Shown piece by piece: positions 26,400 through 39,456 of a stretch of DNA of 64,000 nt. The notes below the pieces were generated by a model, which was not told the origin of the DNA, did not search any database, and was given only the letters and a program-made list of their open reading frames with translations. The DNA comes from Octopus sinensis (Eukaryota), in NCBI RefSeq assembly GCF_006345805.1, contig NC_043005.1:26784001-26848000 (forward strand). The letters are read 5' to 3'. Each line of letters begins with the position of its first letter. The first letter of the stretch is position 1. The translations under genes and the position numbers were made by a program.

Positions 26400-29340
26400 C
26401 AGAATTTGGGCACTATGGCCCACTCAAGTAGAGAGTTATTGTTTACAGAGACATATCCGGGTGTAGGGGTTTATCCGGGATTTCTTGAAGGAATCTGTCC
26501 AAAGACTTCTTGAACCCTATAGGGTCAGTTCTGTTTTAATGTGTTTTGGTGTAATGTTAAAGAGAGCGGGGCCAATTGAGGTGAAATAATTGTGCCGTAT
26601 TGTTGTTATGAGATGAGAGTGCGATTTTTGTTTTGGGCGGATGGCACGGGGCCCAAGCCTTGGATGTACCTTAAAGGTGATGCCAACATCATTTGGGCAA
26701 TGCTGATGGAATATTTTCCACATCATGCAGATGATGTAGCGCTCACGACGACGTTGGAGAGAATAGAGTTTTAGCTTTTCTAGTCGACCCCAATAGTCGA
26801 GGCCTGTCATGCCATCTATCTTTTTTGTGATTGCCCTTTGAGGGAGACCACAGTGGACAACAGTATTCAAGGTGGGGTCGGGCAAAAGTGGAGAAGAGAA
26901 GGATAATGGTGTGGATATCTCTCGACTGGAAAGTTCTGAGAATCCAGGAACACATTCTGCGGGCCATGTCAACTTTGGTGTTTATATGAGTGGCCCAGCT
27001 TACGTTGTTGTCCACAATTACTCCCAAGTCTCTGATGTTGTTGGACGCCGCGAGAGTTTCACCTGAAGGAAGGGAGTATGGGAGTTTCAGGGCATCCTCT
27101 TTTCCAAAGTGGATTAGCTCAAATTTATCCTCGTTCAGCAGCATATTGTTTTTTCTGCCCATTGGATAACAGCCAGTAGATCTGACTGAAGGCATGTCCG
27201 GTCACTCGCCTCATTTATGACCTTCTGTAGCTTGGAGTCATCTGCAAAGATTTTTATGTTGCTGTGTGCTTGATGATGTCATTAATGTCATTAATGTAAA
27301 TGATGAAAAGAAGTGGGCCCAGCACAGTGCCTTGCGGAACGCCACTACTGACTTTGGCTGGGCTTGATTTTACCCCTTCAACTACAACATGTTGAGATCT
27401 GTCTGTCAGGAAACACTTAATCCATTTCAGTAACTTTCCAGAGACACCAATGTTGGATAGTTTTTTCAATAGGATCTTGTGATCGACCCTGTCGAAGGCC
27501 TTACTGAAATCAAGGTAGATGACATCGGTGTTGGAGCCCTCTCCCAAAGCTCTCAAAATGTCCTCAAAGTGATGCAGGAGCTGCGTTAGGCAGTCCCTTC
27601 CATTACGGAACCCATGTTGGTTGGAGATCAGCCGTCTGTTGCTTTCCAGAAATTGGGTTATTCGAGATCTCACCACCCTCTCAAATACCTTGATGATATG
27701 AGAGGTGAGTGAGATCGGACGGTAATTCACTGCAAGGGACTTGTTTCCCTTTTTGAAAACTGGGACAACAGACTGGGACAGAAGGTTTTTTGGAATATAG
27801 CCAGCATCCAGTGAGTTTCTCCACAGATTAGCAAGGGGAGATGCAAGTTGGTGTCGACACACCTTCAGGACACAAGCAGGGAACCTATCGGGGCCTACTG
27901 CTGAATTGTGTTTTATTTCGTTTATCGCCGCTAAGACATCAGGGGCACTAAACGTTATGTCCGATATAGTGTGTTGGGGGTTGACATCACTGATACAGCC
28001 CAGATCGGCCATATCAGGATTGCTGAAAACAGAGCAGTATTGTTTCTGCAGTATCTCGGCCATGGATTTGGCATTATCTTGGAGAGTGCCAGTTTCGTCA
28101 ATTAGAGGGCCTACAGTGGAGACAGTGACCCTGCGTTTCCTCGCAAATGAAAGAACACTTTGGGGTTGAGTTTGATTTTTTCAATGGCCCACTTCTCCTC
28201 AGCTGATCTTTGGTTATTGATGAGGGTCTTCATGCATTGTTGGAGGTTATATTTTTGGATTCAAGCAGTGCGATAGCCGTCGAATGTGTGTGTTGCTGTT
28301 GGCAGTACTTTAGTTTGTTAATTTTTTTGTTTGTTCTTTTTATTTTTCTGATAATGGTTTTCTGTTTTGGGGATTCTGCACTTTTTGTTCACAGGTCTTG
28401 GTGGGGAGTGTTTTGCACATATGTCTGTGACGGTGTCTACAAAGATCTGCCAAGATGTTTTATGGTTGGTGGAGATGTGTGTATGTGTAAAGGACCAGTC
28501 AACATTTGATAGCTCGTTCCTGATTGCATCCCAGTTGGCTTTATGGAGATCCATGTTGTCAAATGGGTGGGCTGGAGGAAGGTCACTAGGATTAGCTTTC
28601 GGCTGGTGGAATTTCATGTTACAGAGAACCATGTCATGGTCTGAAAGAAGGGTTTTTTCCACTGTAACGTTATGTATAGTGTTAGTGTGGTTACTAAACA
28701 CTAGGTCCAAAATGTTCTGATGTCTTGTTGGTGCAAGGACAAGTTGGGACAAGAAAAACTCATTCGTAAAGTCGAAAAGTGACTCTGCTGCTTCTTTGTC
28801 AGCGGTGAGAGGGGGAGTGCTTGGTTTCAAACAGTTTGTAGTCCAGTCAACACAGGGTAGATTGAAGTCTCCCATCATGAGTATGTTGCTAGAATGGCAC
28901 TGTTGAATAAAGCACTTAATGCTGTTGAGGCATTCTTTAAAGCACAGTATGGGTGTTTGGGGCGGCCTATAGAGCCCAATTACTGTCAGGTCATTGGCTT
29001 TGTTGTGCACGGTGACTGATTCACAGTAGCCGTTGGAGAATATACTATTTCCATCTGCCGTAAATGAATCATCATGCAGGAAAATGGCAGTTCCACCCTT
29101 CCTCCTGCCGATACGATCCGCGCGGATGGTTGTGAAATTCTTCACTCTCACTTCGGCTTCCAAGTGGGAGTTGTCAAGGTGGGTCTCAGTGAGAATGAAG
29201 AAAGGGGATGTGGTGTGAATGGTTACCACCCAGTCTTCAATGAATTGGACCTTCCATTTTTGTGCATTGATGGAAGGGCTGACACCTTGTGCATTGAGTA
29301 GGAATGTGGAGGTTAGTTGTGGGCTGGTTTTGACTGTTGC
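26400..29340 (-). pseudogene. CR1 ORF2: apurinic endonuclease plus reverse transcriptase (several frameshifts)
   Basis: APE motifs LLNAQG, LTETHL, YRPP, MGDFN and SDHDMV; IKLNPKVFF; RT motifs YRPISLTS, QHGFR, YLDFSKAFD, GVPQGTVLGP and IFADDSKL; C-terminal RDLGV, RPHLEY and LYSLQRRRER. Confidence 0.92.
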
Positions 29341-29389
29341 AGGGGGCTTGGATTTTTTGTGTGTGTTAGTGGCAGCAATGTGGGGAATT

Positions 29390-30594
29390 GGTGCACTGGG
29401 GTAATAGCATAGGATGGTGTTGAGTGATGGCTAGAATGTTTTTGTGTATCTCTTTTGCCATGTTCAACATGGCTAAAAAAGAATTTTCCTGCTTAGGGAG
29501 CAGTTTTTGGCTGGAGGTGTGGTTGCACTGTTGGATATAGGTTGTAGTTTCCACTTTTGTTGTTGTTGTTTTTGTGTCTTCCTGAAAAGACTGGACCAGC
29601 ATTACTGCAGCATGGTGTGTTTCTATTTTTATTGTTATTCAGGTTTGTGTGTTGGCTTGAGGCCCCGTTTCTGTTTGTGCGTCGGGTCCCTGGAAGATGA
29701 GTGAAGGGACAGTCACTCAGTAGACATGTTCTCTCACGTTGGGAATACCGGCAGATTTTGGGACTCCGAGTTGTGTGTGTTTTGAATTTCGATTTACTAT
29801 TTGGCTGTGTTGATGTTATTGTGGGATGCGTGCTTTGGCCTTGGCCGGTAGTGCGTCTAGTGCCGGGTAGATGCGTGAAGATGCAGTCACTATTTGTGCA
29901 GAGTCTCTGGCGCAGTGAATAGCGGCATATTTGGGGATTTCTTGTTTGTGCCGTGGGGGGCGCATTCTGCTTCCTATATTCTTTTAAGTTTTTGTTACTG
30001 CAGTAGTATTGAGGTGGTGATGTGGGGGAAGAGGGCAGTGGTTTCTTATTTGGTTTCTGTTGGTATTTTTGGTGATAGAAGACGATGGTGGCAGCGGTGG
30101 TGATGATGATGATGATAATTGTGGTGGTTGCTGTGAGAGCGGTGAAAAGATACTGGCATTTAGTGAATCGTCTAGTAAGCTAGAGTTGAGGAGTGGCTGT
30201 TGTTGTTCTTGTTGCTGTGGCTGTTGTTGTTGTTGTTGTGCCTGACCGATGTCAGGGTCAGCCATTGTGCTGGGAACCAGGAGTGGCTCATTCTGTTGTT
30301 GTTGTTGTTGTGGCTGCTGATTTTCTAGCTGTTGTTGTTCTTGAACTGTGAAAATATGTAGAAGCTTTTCATAATGGCCTCTTATCAGTTTGAAAGATAC
30401 TTCGATATGTTTCAACTTGCTACGAATCTGTTTGACGGATCGTGTGTTGACCACTTGTGATGTTTTTTCGGCAATCTCATTCAAACACAAGACATTTAGA
30501 TTTTTGTTTTGGAAAGAGAGAGCCATGTGTTTATTAAAACATCAATTTCGTTATCAGACCAATTTCGTCTGTTGCAGGCCTGCAAGTTAGTCAT
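29390..30594 (-). pseudogene. CR1 ORF1 relic: Myb/SANT-like N-terminus, polyQ, Ser/Pro-rich linker, two CCCH zinc fingers
   Basis: ATG at 30594 reads MTNLQACNRRNWSDNEIDVLINTW, then after a frameshift NEIAEK...RSVKQIRSKLKHI. C-x8-C-x4-C-x3-H motifs lie at 29871-29927 and 29697-29753 in one open frame. Confidence 0.75.
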
Positions 30595-30918
30595 GTTTGT
30601 TTTTCTTTTGTTTGTTTTCCTTTTGATTTTTGAAAATATATATATATTCTTTTGGGAGTTAAAGAAGTGTATATATATATAAATGTTCTCTCTTAAGGGT
30701 GTGAGTTTTTGATTATTTGGTTGTTTGAGGATATTAAAAGAAAAACAGGTGTGTATAACAATTTGTAGTTAAATGAAAACGTACTTACGGGTTGTAGGCA
30801 AACACGTGGTTACAAATATATATATATTAAGGTCAGTTAGTTTTGAAGCTGCTGTGTAGCTTGCTACTGACTTGGGAGAGAAACAAATAGACGTCCGTCC
30901 ACTTCAACAGTAATCCAC

Positions 30919-31073
30919 TATATATATATATATATATAATATATATATACTATATATATTATATAATGAGTGTGTGTGTGTGTGTGGTGTGGGTGTGTGG
31001 CTTTCCAGATTTCAAGAACACGCTAGTCAGAAAACTAATTTTACTAATATATACATATCACATATACATAATA

Positions 31074-31104
<31 letters not shown>

Positions 31105-31426
31105 GATATATAATATTATATATATATATATATTATATATATATATTATATATATAATTATATATTATATATATGTATATTATATATGTATGTATATATA
31201 GAATATGATGTATTATATATTATATATATATATGTATATATAATATGTGTGGTGGTGGCTTTCCAGATTTCCCACAAACAGCTAGTCAGAAAACTAATTT
31301 TACTATATAACATATACATTATACATATATACATATATATATATATAATATATATATAATATATATATCTATTATATATATATATATACATATAACCATA
31401 TACATACATATACAGCAATATATACA

Positions 31427-31473
<47 letters not shown>

Positions 31474-31620
31474 TATACATATATGTATATATATATATAT
31501 ATATATATACATATATATGTATATATATATACATATATGTATACATATATATACATACATACACACACACACAACACATATCTATATATATATATATATA
31601 TATTTATATATAGAGGGCAT
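30919..31620. repeat. Degenerate (TA)n array with a duplicated 60-bp island (about 30990 and about 31250)
   Basis: GGCTTTCCAGATTTC...GCTAGTCAGAAAACTAATTTTACTA occurs twice. Confidence 0.85.
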
Positions 31621-32059
31621 TATACATAAAATATATGTTCAATAAGAAATAATTATTTTCGAAATTTTTTCTCTTATGAGGTTTTACGCTATCTACCTGA
31701 CAATTTCTGTTAAGTTTTCCTATTAAGTAGTTGTCCTTAATTGCTAAATTTCTATATATTATATATATATATATTATATATATATATTATATATACATGT
31801 ATGTGTGGTGCGTGTGTGTATTATTCTTTTATTCTTTTACTTGTTCCAGACATTCGACGGCGGCCATGCTACAGCACCTCCTTTCAAAGTGTTTTAGTTG
31901 AACATATCGACTACAGGACTTAATTTTCAAGTCCAGTATATATTCTAATGGTCTCTTTTTCCGAACCGCTAAGTTACGGGGGACGTAAACAGACCAACAA
32001 CGGGTTGTCAGGCAGTGATGGTGAGGTAGGGACAATCGCAAAGGCACACACACATAGAA

Positions 32060-32846
32060 ACCATTTCCCACAGACAGCAGACTAAGTGACTCTTGTTGTT
32101 CCGAGGACCCTGCCGAGAGCCTTTGCAGTTCCAAGTAATGTTAATTTTTGTCGGTGTTCTACCTTTACTTTTGTACCAATACTTTTCAGCCACGTTGGTA
32201 GTTGGGCGCTGATATTTCCAAGTGCACCAATCACTATTTTTATCAAGTCTACTTTCTCCATTGCCCACAAACTGCGTATTTCTCACTTTAATTCATCATA
32301 GTTATTCGTTTTTTTCTTCTTTCTCTTCAATTTCGTTGTCACCATGACATGCAATATCAATTATCAGGTAATTTTTTCTTTTTCTTTTCTGTTCACTACA
32401 ACGATGTCAGATTTTGTTGTTCAATCTGATGGTCTCACTAAATCGTTGTATCCTATTGCATTTTGCAATCTTCATTCTCAGTAACTCCTTCTGGAATTTG
32501 GCCATACCACGTTTTTGATCTTTCTGGGTTATAATTTCCATGGAGCTCCCAAGAGATGATTCTTTTTTTGTGTGTGTTTTATTACCTCTTCCAATTTCTC
32601 TTCCTCAACGCAGTTATCAGTTTTGATGATGGTGGTCTTCTTCACAACTATTAACAATGGTTCCAGGGCATTTCTTTCATCCCACCCTAAATTGTTTTCC
32701 ACTGATTCAACACAATGCTGGCAGCTGATCAAACCACTTTCAACCTTTATTCTGGAAAAGTACAGCATCTAAGTGACACTCTTGCGATGCAATGTTCTGT
32801 GCAATATCAACGATTTTTCTGTCTTCCTATCCATACTCATTAGAGT
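32060..32846 (-). mobile_element. Old R4/Dong-like LINE 3' fragment (RLE domain)
   Basis: IVIGALGNISAQLPTWLKSIG...QKLTLLGTAKALGRVL, abutting (TTA)n at 32847. Confidence 0.6.
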
Positions 32847-32862
32847 ATTATTATTATTATTA

Positions 32863-32907
<45 letters not shown>

Positions 32908-33018
32908 TATTAAAAATGATTTCAAAGTTAGGCACAAGGCCAGCAATTTTGGTGGAGGGGACTAGTATTATATAAAAATGATTTCAAAGTTAGACACAAG
33001 GGCCTTATGATTATTATT

Positions 33019-33535
33019 GCCTTTGCACAGCTTCTAACGCTGGAGATGTACTATGGTGTCAGCTGTTCACAACCAGTGAACTTAGGTAACGCCTCTTATT
33101 TTTCGAGCACCTTCCGGAGTATTCGAGCGGTTCCAAGCAGTGCTGTTCTCTGCAAGTGCTCCACCCTTATTGCAGCCCCTATTTGTTCCACGTATTCCTC
33201 GAGATTTTTGCTCCCTGTTCCCAGGACTCCGACAATTATTGGTACTACTGCTACCTTTTTCATCGACCACAACTGCTTAACCTCCCAAGCTAACCTGTCA
33301 TATCTCTCGACTTTACTTTCTTCTTTATCGCATACCTTGTTGTCAGCTGGACATGCTAAATCTATGATCCAGCATCGTTCGCTTTCTTTCTCAATTAAGA
33401 CTATGTCCGACTTTCTATTCTCAATCCCATGGTCGCACTGAATCATAAAATCCCATAGGATCTTTGCATTTCTGTTCTCGACGATGCCTTCAAGTCTGTG
33501 GTCATACCAGTTTTATGATCTGTTAAGTCCATACA
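33019..33535 (-). mobile_element. R4/Dong-like LINE, 5'-truncated (second family), between (TTA)n tracts
   Basis: ILWDFMIQCDHGIENRKSDIVLIEK...WIIDLACP...LAWEVKQLW...IIVGVLG...LQRTALLGTARILRKVL. Confidence 0.85.
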
Positions 33536-33557
33536 TATTATTATTATTATTATTATT

Positions 33558-34047
33558 GAATGAGAGAGCAGTGCATGTCATCAAAGTGACACTGGGGTAA
33601 AATATACGAAGCCCAGCATACCCATCATGACTACCCATCTGATAAGGGTACACCAGGCACATACATCACAACCATATGTGCGCGACATGGTGATCTCATA
33701 TCAAGATAAACAGCACATGACCTTGCAGGTGGGGCCCAGTTAGAATTTTCTTCAGGTCGGGTAGCCCATCCTGCTCAAAAGGTCCCTGAATAAGGGTTGC
33801 TTTAGGATGATGAACGAAACACCCATGTTTCCAAAGGTGAATTATTCAAACCCCAAATAATCCCTCTCAACACATGGCCATGATGCTCCCCCAGTACTTC
33901 TGCTCGTGATCAGAGATGCACATATCGTCAGCCACTACGGGACATGTTCAACTGGTTAAGGTCAAACAACTGACAAGCAAATCTGTGGTATTGAACAGAA
34001 TATTTGCTGTGGCCCATCTTTTATACCAAGACAGAACAATGTACATG
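33558..34047 (-). mobile_element. Non-coding (TAA)n-flanked retroposon, family D, copy 1
   Basis: Homologous to 60216-60773 and 60841-61317, with a shared 3' end and variable 5' truncation. Confidence 0.8.
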
Positions 34048-34155
<108 letters not shown>

Positions 34156-34189
34156 ATCCTTTCTACCAAGCACAATGCCTGAAATTTTA

Positions 34190-34342
34190 GAGTAGAAAGT
34201 AAGTCGATTACATCGACCCCCCCCCCAGTGCTTGGCTGATACTTAATCTATTAACCCTGACAGGAGGAATCCGAATTCAGAACGTAAAGCCAGACGAAAT
34301 GCCACTAAGCATTTTGTTCGATTTTGCCAGCTCACCGCCTTA
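34190..34342 (-). mobile_element. S1 SINE (degraded)
   Basis: AAGTCGATTACATCGACCCC through GCCAGCTCACCGCC. Confidence 0.7.
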
Positions 34343-34386
34343 ATAATAGAAACAAGGACAACAACAACAACAAAAACAGCAGCAGC

Positions 34387-34423
<37 letters not shown>

Positions 34424-36224
34424 TAATAATAATAATAATAATAATAACACAACAACAACAACAACAACAACAACAACATTGACCACACTTAAATGAAAAC
34501 AAGCCGAGAGTAATAACGTATGTCAAATACAAAACCGGATGTGGCAAACAGCTGATGGCACTACTACATAATACAGAATATATATTTTATACAATGCAGT
34601 ATATATATGTTAAATCTAGAGTATTTTCTAAATTTCAATGGTCAGAACTATTTATAATGGTATCTGGGGCCAGAATAAATGATAAGATCTAGATTTATTT
34701 AAGACAATAATTACTGAATTTGCTAAATGTATTCTATGAAACCACTATAGGTTTATAGCAGCTACTTAGATATATATCTGTTAGGTAGCTGCTGAAAATT
34801 AAGACCATGCTTTTAAGGATCATTTCTTAAGTATGTGTCGCAACGGTATCCGATTCTATTGAGCGGTCCAACAACATCACGATGATGCGAGATCGTATTG
34901 GGTCCTGAGCGTGAAGCAGTATCTCCTGTATCGTTCGTTACTCCGCCATCAACGAGCGTGAGGAATCCATTGAAGATCGTTCTTGAGAGGTTTAATAACT
35001 TCTTAAAGAGGGGCTCACTACTTTCTGAGTGATGTTATTTTTTTTACTAAATTAACAGCAGAACATGTTTTTATTATAACATGTTACGTGGACGGATGAT
35101 AATTTTGGATTCGGTTTGTCCGACTAAACAGTGGCTACGATGAAAAACATCACTTCTAATTTTGCAATCAATAGAGTAGTATTCTTTTTTTTTTAATACT
35201 TGATAAAAATGAAATAGGATTATTTAAAATGTTGAATAGCAATGGGGATCCATAATTAAAAGAAAGAGAAAAAAAAAAACTGGTTGAGAACCTTTCAGTA
35301 AGGATCCCTAGCATATTCATATGAATTGCAGCCCCAAAAAGCATTAGTAGCTGAAGGTTTAAAATCAATCAAAGGACAAACTAAGTATGTCTACCAGTCA
35401 AGACTCTTATTAAATAAGAGTTTTGAGTTATTTCAGCAGGTGATAAAAAAACCTTCGATTGTATAACTGCCAAAGTAGTAGTATTGGTGGTGTTGGTGTG
35501 GTGTTGTGTGTGGTAAATAGTGGCGGCGGCAGCAGCAGTAACAGTAGTAGATAGTATAGTAGTAGTAGTAGTAGAGTTAAGTGGTGGTGGTGGTGGTGGT
35601 GTGGGGTGGTAGTAGTGTATATGTCTACCAGCTGGAAATAACAGTCAGACTCTTATTTAAATAAGAGTTTTGACGTTATTTCTAGCAGGTAGACATACTT
35701 AGTGTGTCTTTGATTAATTTTATCCTTCGGATAGTTATTGTAGAGAACGAGAACTCTGTCTATAACTAAAGATAGAGTTCTCGTTCTCTACAATATCTAT
35801 CTATCTAGCTGAAGAATTAAAATCAATCAAAGGACACACTAAGTATGTCTACCTGCTAGAAATAACAGTCAAAACTCTTATTTAAATAAAAGTCTTGACT
35901 GTTATTTCCAGCTGGTAGACATACTTAGTTATGTCCTTTGATTGATTTTAAACCTTCAGCTATTTAATGCATATTTTCAATGAAATTCTCATTTTCGGAG
36001 CTGTAGATTACGATCGTTGTGATATGATTGAAAAATGATGTTTTTATTTGCATCATTGAACCTACTTTCCGACTTTGATTCTTCGCAACTCTCTTTAAGA
36101 TGTATATTTCTAAATGACTTTCGCAGAAATACTTTCTCGAGGATGTAGATTACAATTATTTTGATAAAATTTAGATTTTTCTTTTCATTTTTGAGGAATT
36201 TTATGTCGTTCTATGAAGATGCCT

Positions 36225-36542
36225 GGCCTGCTGGTTAAAGAATTGCAATCACGATTGCCAGATCGTGTGTTTAAACCCCGGGCTGGACCGCGTGTTGAGC
36301 AAAAAAAAATCTTCCTTTCACCTTACTCTAGTGCTGTGTGGGGACCGGCATGTCTTAAGAAAAGATCTTAACGTTTCCTCTGCGTGTCTTAAAAGAGGTC
36401 GAGGTAGGGTTTGCCCTCCGACCTAGTAAAACAGACCCCATGGTGGTCGCCTGAGTGGTGCAGAGATTGTCGTCTGCCAAGATTAGGGAATCACCAACGA
36501 ATGGTGGATGCAGCGACACCCTATTACAGCGCCATACCCCAA

Positions 36543-36545
<3 letters not shown>
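36225..36545 (+). mobile_element. Third SINE-like element with (CTA)n tail
   Basis: tRNA-like head TGGCCTGCTGGTTAAAG, ending CGACACCCTATTACAGCGCCATACCCCAAA followed by CTA repeats. The inverted copy at about 39060-39210 lacks the middle portion. Confidence 0.5.
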
Positions 36546-36579
<34 letters not shown>

Positions 36580-36635
36580 ACACCACCACCACCACCACCA
36601 CCACCACTACTACTACTACTACCACCACCAACACC

Positions 36636-36671
<36 letters not shown>

Positions 36672-38374
36672 GTTACTGCTGCTGCCGCCGCCACTATTTA
36701 CCACACCACCAACACCAATACTACTACTTTGGCAGTTATAAATTCGAAAGGTTTTTTAAAGAGATTGTGTGAGGTAACAAAGTCGGAAGGGAGATAAGAA
36801 TGATCCGAAACTCCTTTAGAAATAAAAAATTATTGTTATTAACATAATCGTAATCTACGGCCCCAAAAGCGTGTCCCAGCAAAGTTTCGTTATAAAGTTT
36901 TCAGAACATTTTGAGGCAACAAAATCAGCGAAGTTGGAGCTCTAATCTGTAGATATGTTCGGTTTTGTTTGTTGAGGAGTGTATAGTCAGTTTGAACATT
37001 TATCGGTATTTAAGTGATAACTAATTTCTCAACACCGGTAAAATGAACTGCGAAGTCGACCGAAATGATTTTGAATTGAGAACGTAAGTTCGTTTAAGCC
37101 GTAAACATAAAGTATTTCAACATTAATACAGGTAATTACATTGACCACAATTAATAAATGATAACAAGCAGAGAGTAATAACGCGTGTGAAATACAAAAC
37201 CGGATGTGGCAAACAGCTGATGGCAGTACTACATAATACAGAATATATATTTTATACAATGCAGTATATATATGTTAAATCTAGAGTATTTTCTAAATTT
37301 TAATGGTCAGAACTATTTATAATGGTATCTGGGGCCATAATAAATGATGAGATCTAGATTTATTTAAGACAATAATTACTGAATTTGCTAAATGTATTCT
37401 ATGAAACCACTATAGGATTGTAGCAGCTACTTAGATATATATCTGTTGGGTAGCTGCTGAAAATTAAGACCATGCTTTTAAGGATCATTTCTTAAGTATG
37501 TGTCGCAACGGTATCCGATTCTATTGAGCGGTCCAACAACATCACGATGATGCGAGATCGTATTGAGTCCTGAGCGTGAAGCAGGGTTTCCTGTATCGTT
37601 CGTTACTCCGCCTTCAACGAGCGTGAGGAATCCATTGAAGATCGTTCTTGAGAAGTTTAATAACTTCTTAAAGAGGGACTCACTACTTTCTGAGTGATAT
37701 TATTTTTTTACTAAATTAACAGCAGATCATGTTTTTATTATAACATGTTACGTGGACGGATGATAATATTGGATTCGGTTTGTCCGACTAAACCAGTGGC
37801 TACGATGAAAAACATCACTTCTACTTTTGCAATCAATAGAGTATTCTTTTTTTTTTTTTAATACCTGATAAAATTGAAATAGGATTATTTAAAATGTTGA
37901 ATAGCAATGGGGTCCATAATTAAAAGAAAAAGAACAAAAAGAAACTTTTTGAGAACCTTTCAGTATGGTATATTTACTGTGAATTGCAGGCCCCAAAAAG
38001 CATTAAGTAGCTGAAGGTTTAAAATCAATCAAAGGACATAACTAAGTATGTCTACCAGCTGGAAATAACAGTCAAGACTCTTATTTAAATAAGAGTTTTG
38101 ACTGTTATTTCTAGCAGGTAGACATACTTAGTGTGTCCTTTGATTAATTTTAATCCTTCAGCTCGATAGATAGATTTTGTAGAGAACGAGAACTCTGTCT
38201 ATAATTAAATATAGAGTTCTCGTTCTCTACAATATCTATCTATCTAGTTATTATTTACTAAATTAACAATAGATTACGTTTCTCATATGACGGATAATAT
38301 ACATGCTTTGAAAATTATATCCTATTCCTTCGGGTGCTCTGTCTCGATTCAAAACGAATGAAAGAATTTAAGTG

Positions 38375-38660
38375 TGCCCAGGGGTGACGAGATTACGTCG
38401 TTCATCTCGACCCTCAGGATGAAAGGCATGATCGACCCTGACGGAATTTGTACTCGGAACGTAGCGGCAGACGAAATGCCGTTAAGCGTTTCACCCGGCG
38501 TGCTAACGTTTCTTCTTCCTTTATTGCACACAAGGAGCTAAACATAAAGGGGACAAATAGCGACACCCCGGTGCTTAAGTTATTGATCCCGAAAGGCAAA
38601 GTCGACCTCGGCTGAATTTGAACTCAGAACGTAGCGGCAGGCGAAATACCTATTTCTTTA
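38375..38660 (-). mobile_element. S1 SINE multimer
   Basis: Tail-to-head junction at about 38510. Confidence 0.75.
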
Positions 38661-38873
38661 CTATAGAAGTTTCGGATCATTCTCCGTTCTGAATTTGTTA
38701 CACACAATCTCTTTGAAAATAAATATTTTGAACAAATACGTTTTCAAGAGTGTATATTAGGTAATATTCATAGTCCAAGCATGTAAATCTGAGAAAATAT
38801 AGTGAAAATGCTAGTTACGGAAATTGGCAGTTATAAAATTGAAGCTTTGAGGAAAGTAGTAGTAATGGTGGTG

Positions 38874-38953
<80 letters not shown>

Positions 38954-38974
38954 GGTTGGTGGTGGTGGTGGTGG

Positions 38975-39017
<43 letters not shown>

Positions 39018-39456
39018 CGGCAGCAGCAGTGGTGGTGGTGGTGGTGGTGGTAGTAGTAGTTCGGGGTATGGCGCTGTAATAGGGTGTCGCTGCATCCACC
39101 ATTTGTTGGTAATTCCCTAATCTTGGCAGACAACATCTCTGCACCACTCAGGCGACATACCATGGGTCTGTTTTACTAGGTCGGAGTGATAACCAGCAGG
39201 CCAGGCATCTTCATAGAACGACATAAAATTCCTCAGAAATGAAAAGAAAAATCTAAATTTTATCAAAATAATTGTAATCTACATCCTCGAGAAAGTATTT
39301 CTGCGAAAGTCATTTAGAAATATACATCTTAAAGAGAGTTGCGAAGAATCAAAGTCGGAAAGTAGGTTCAATGAAACAAATAAAAACATCATTTTTCAAT
39401 CATATCACAACGATCGTAATCTACAGCTCCGAAAATGAGAATTTCATTGAAAATAT

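Larger units (their letters stand above)
26308..30918 (-). mobile_element. Full-length CR1-group (APE-RT) LINE, frameshifted, flanked by (TA)n
   Basis: ORF1 and ORF2 relics lie in order and the 3' tail is the octamer (ATCAAAGT)x3 at 26308-26331. The 5' end is inferred where unique sequence meets (TA)n at 30918. Confidence 0.9.

Noticed and set aside
37486-37697. Nearly open 70-codon frame with one TGA conserved in all three copies (possible selenoprotein)
   Set aside because: There is no CxxU/UxxC motif, no recognisable SECIS and no convincing splice sites. The antisense frame is also open, and conservation is explained by recent duplication.
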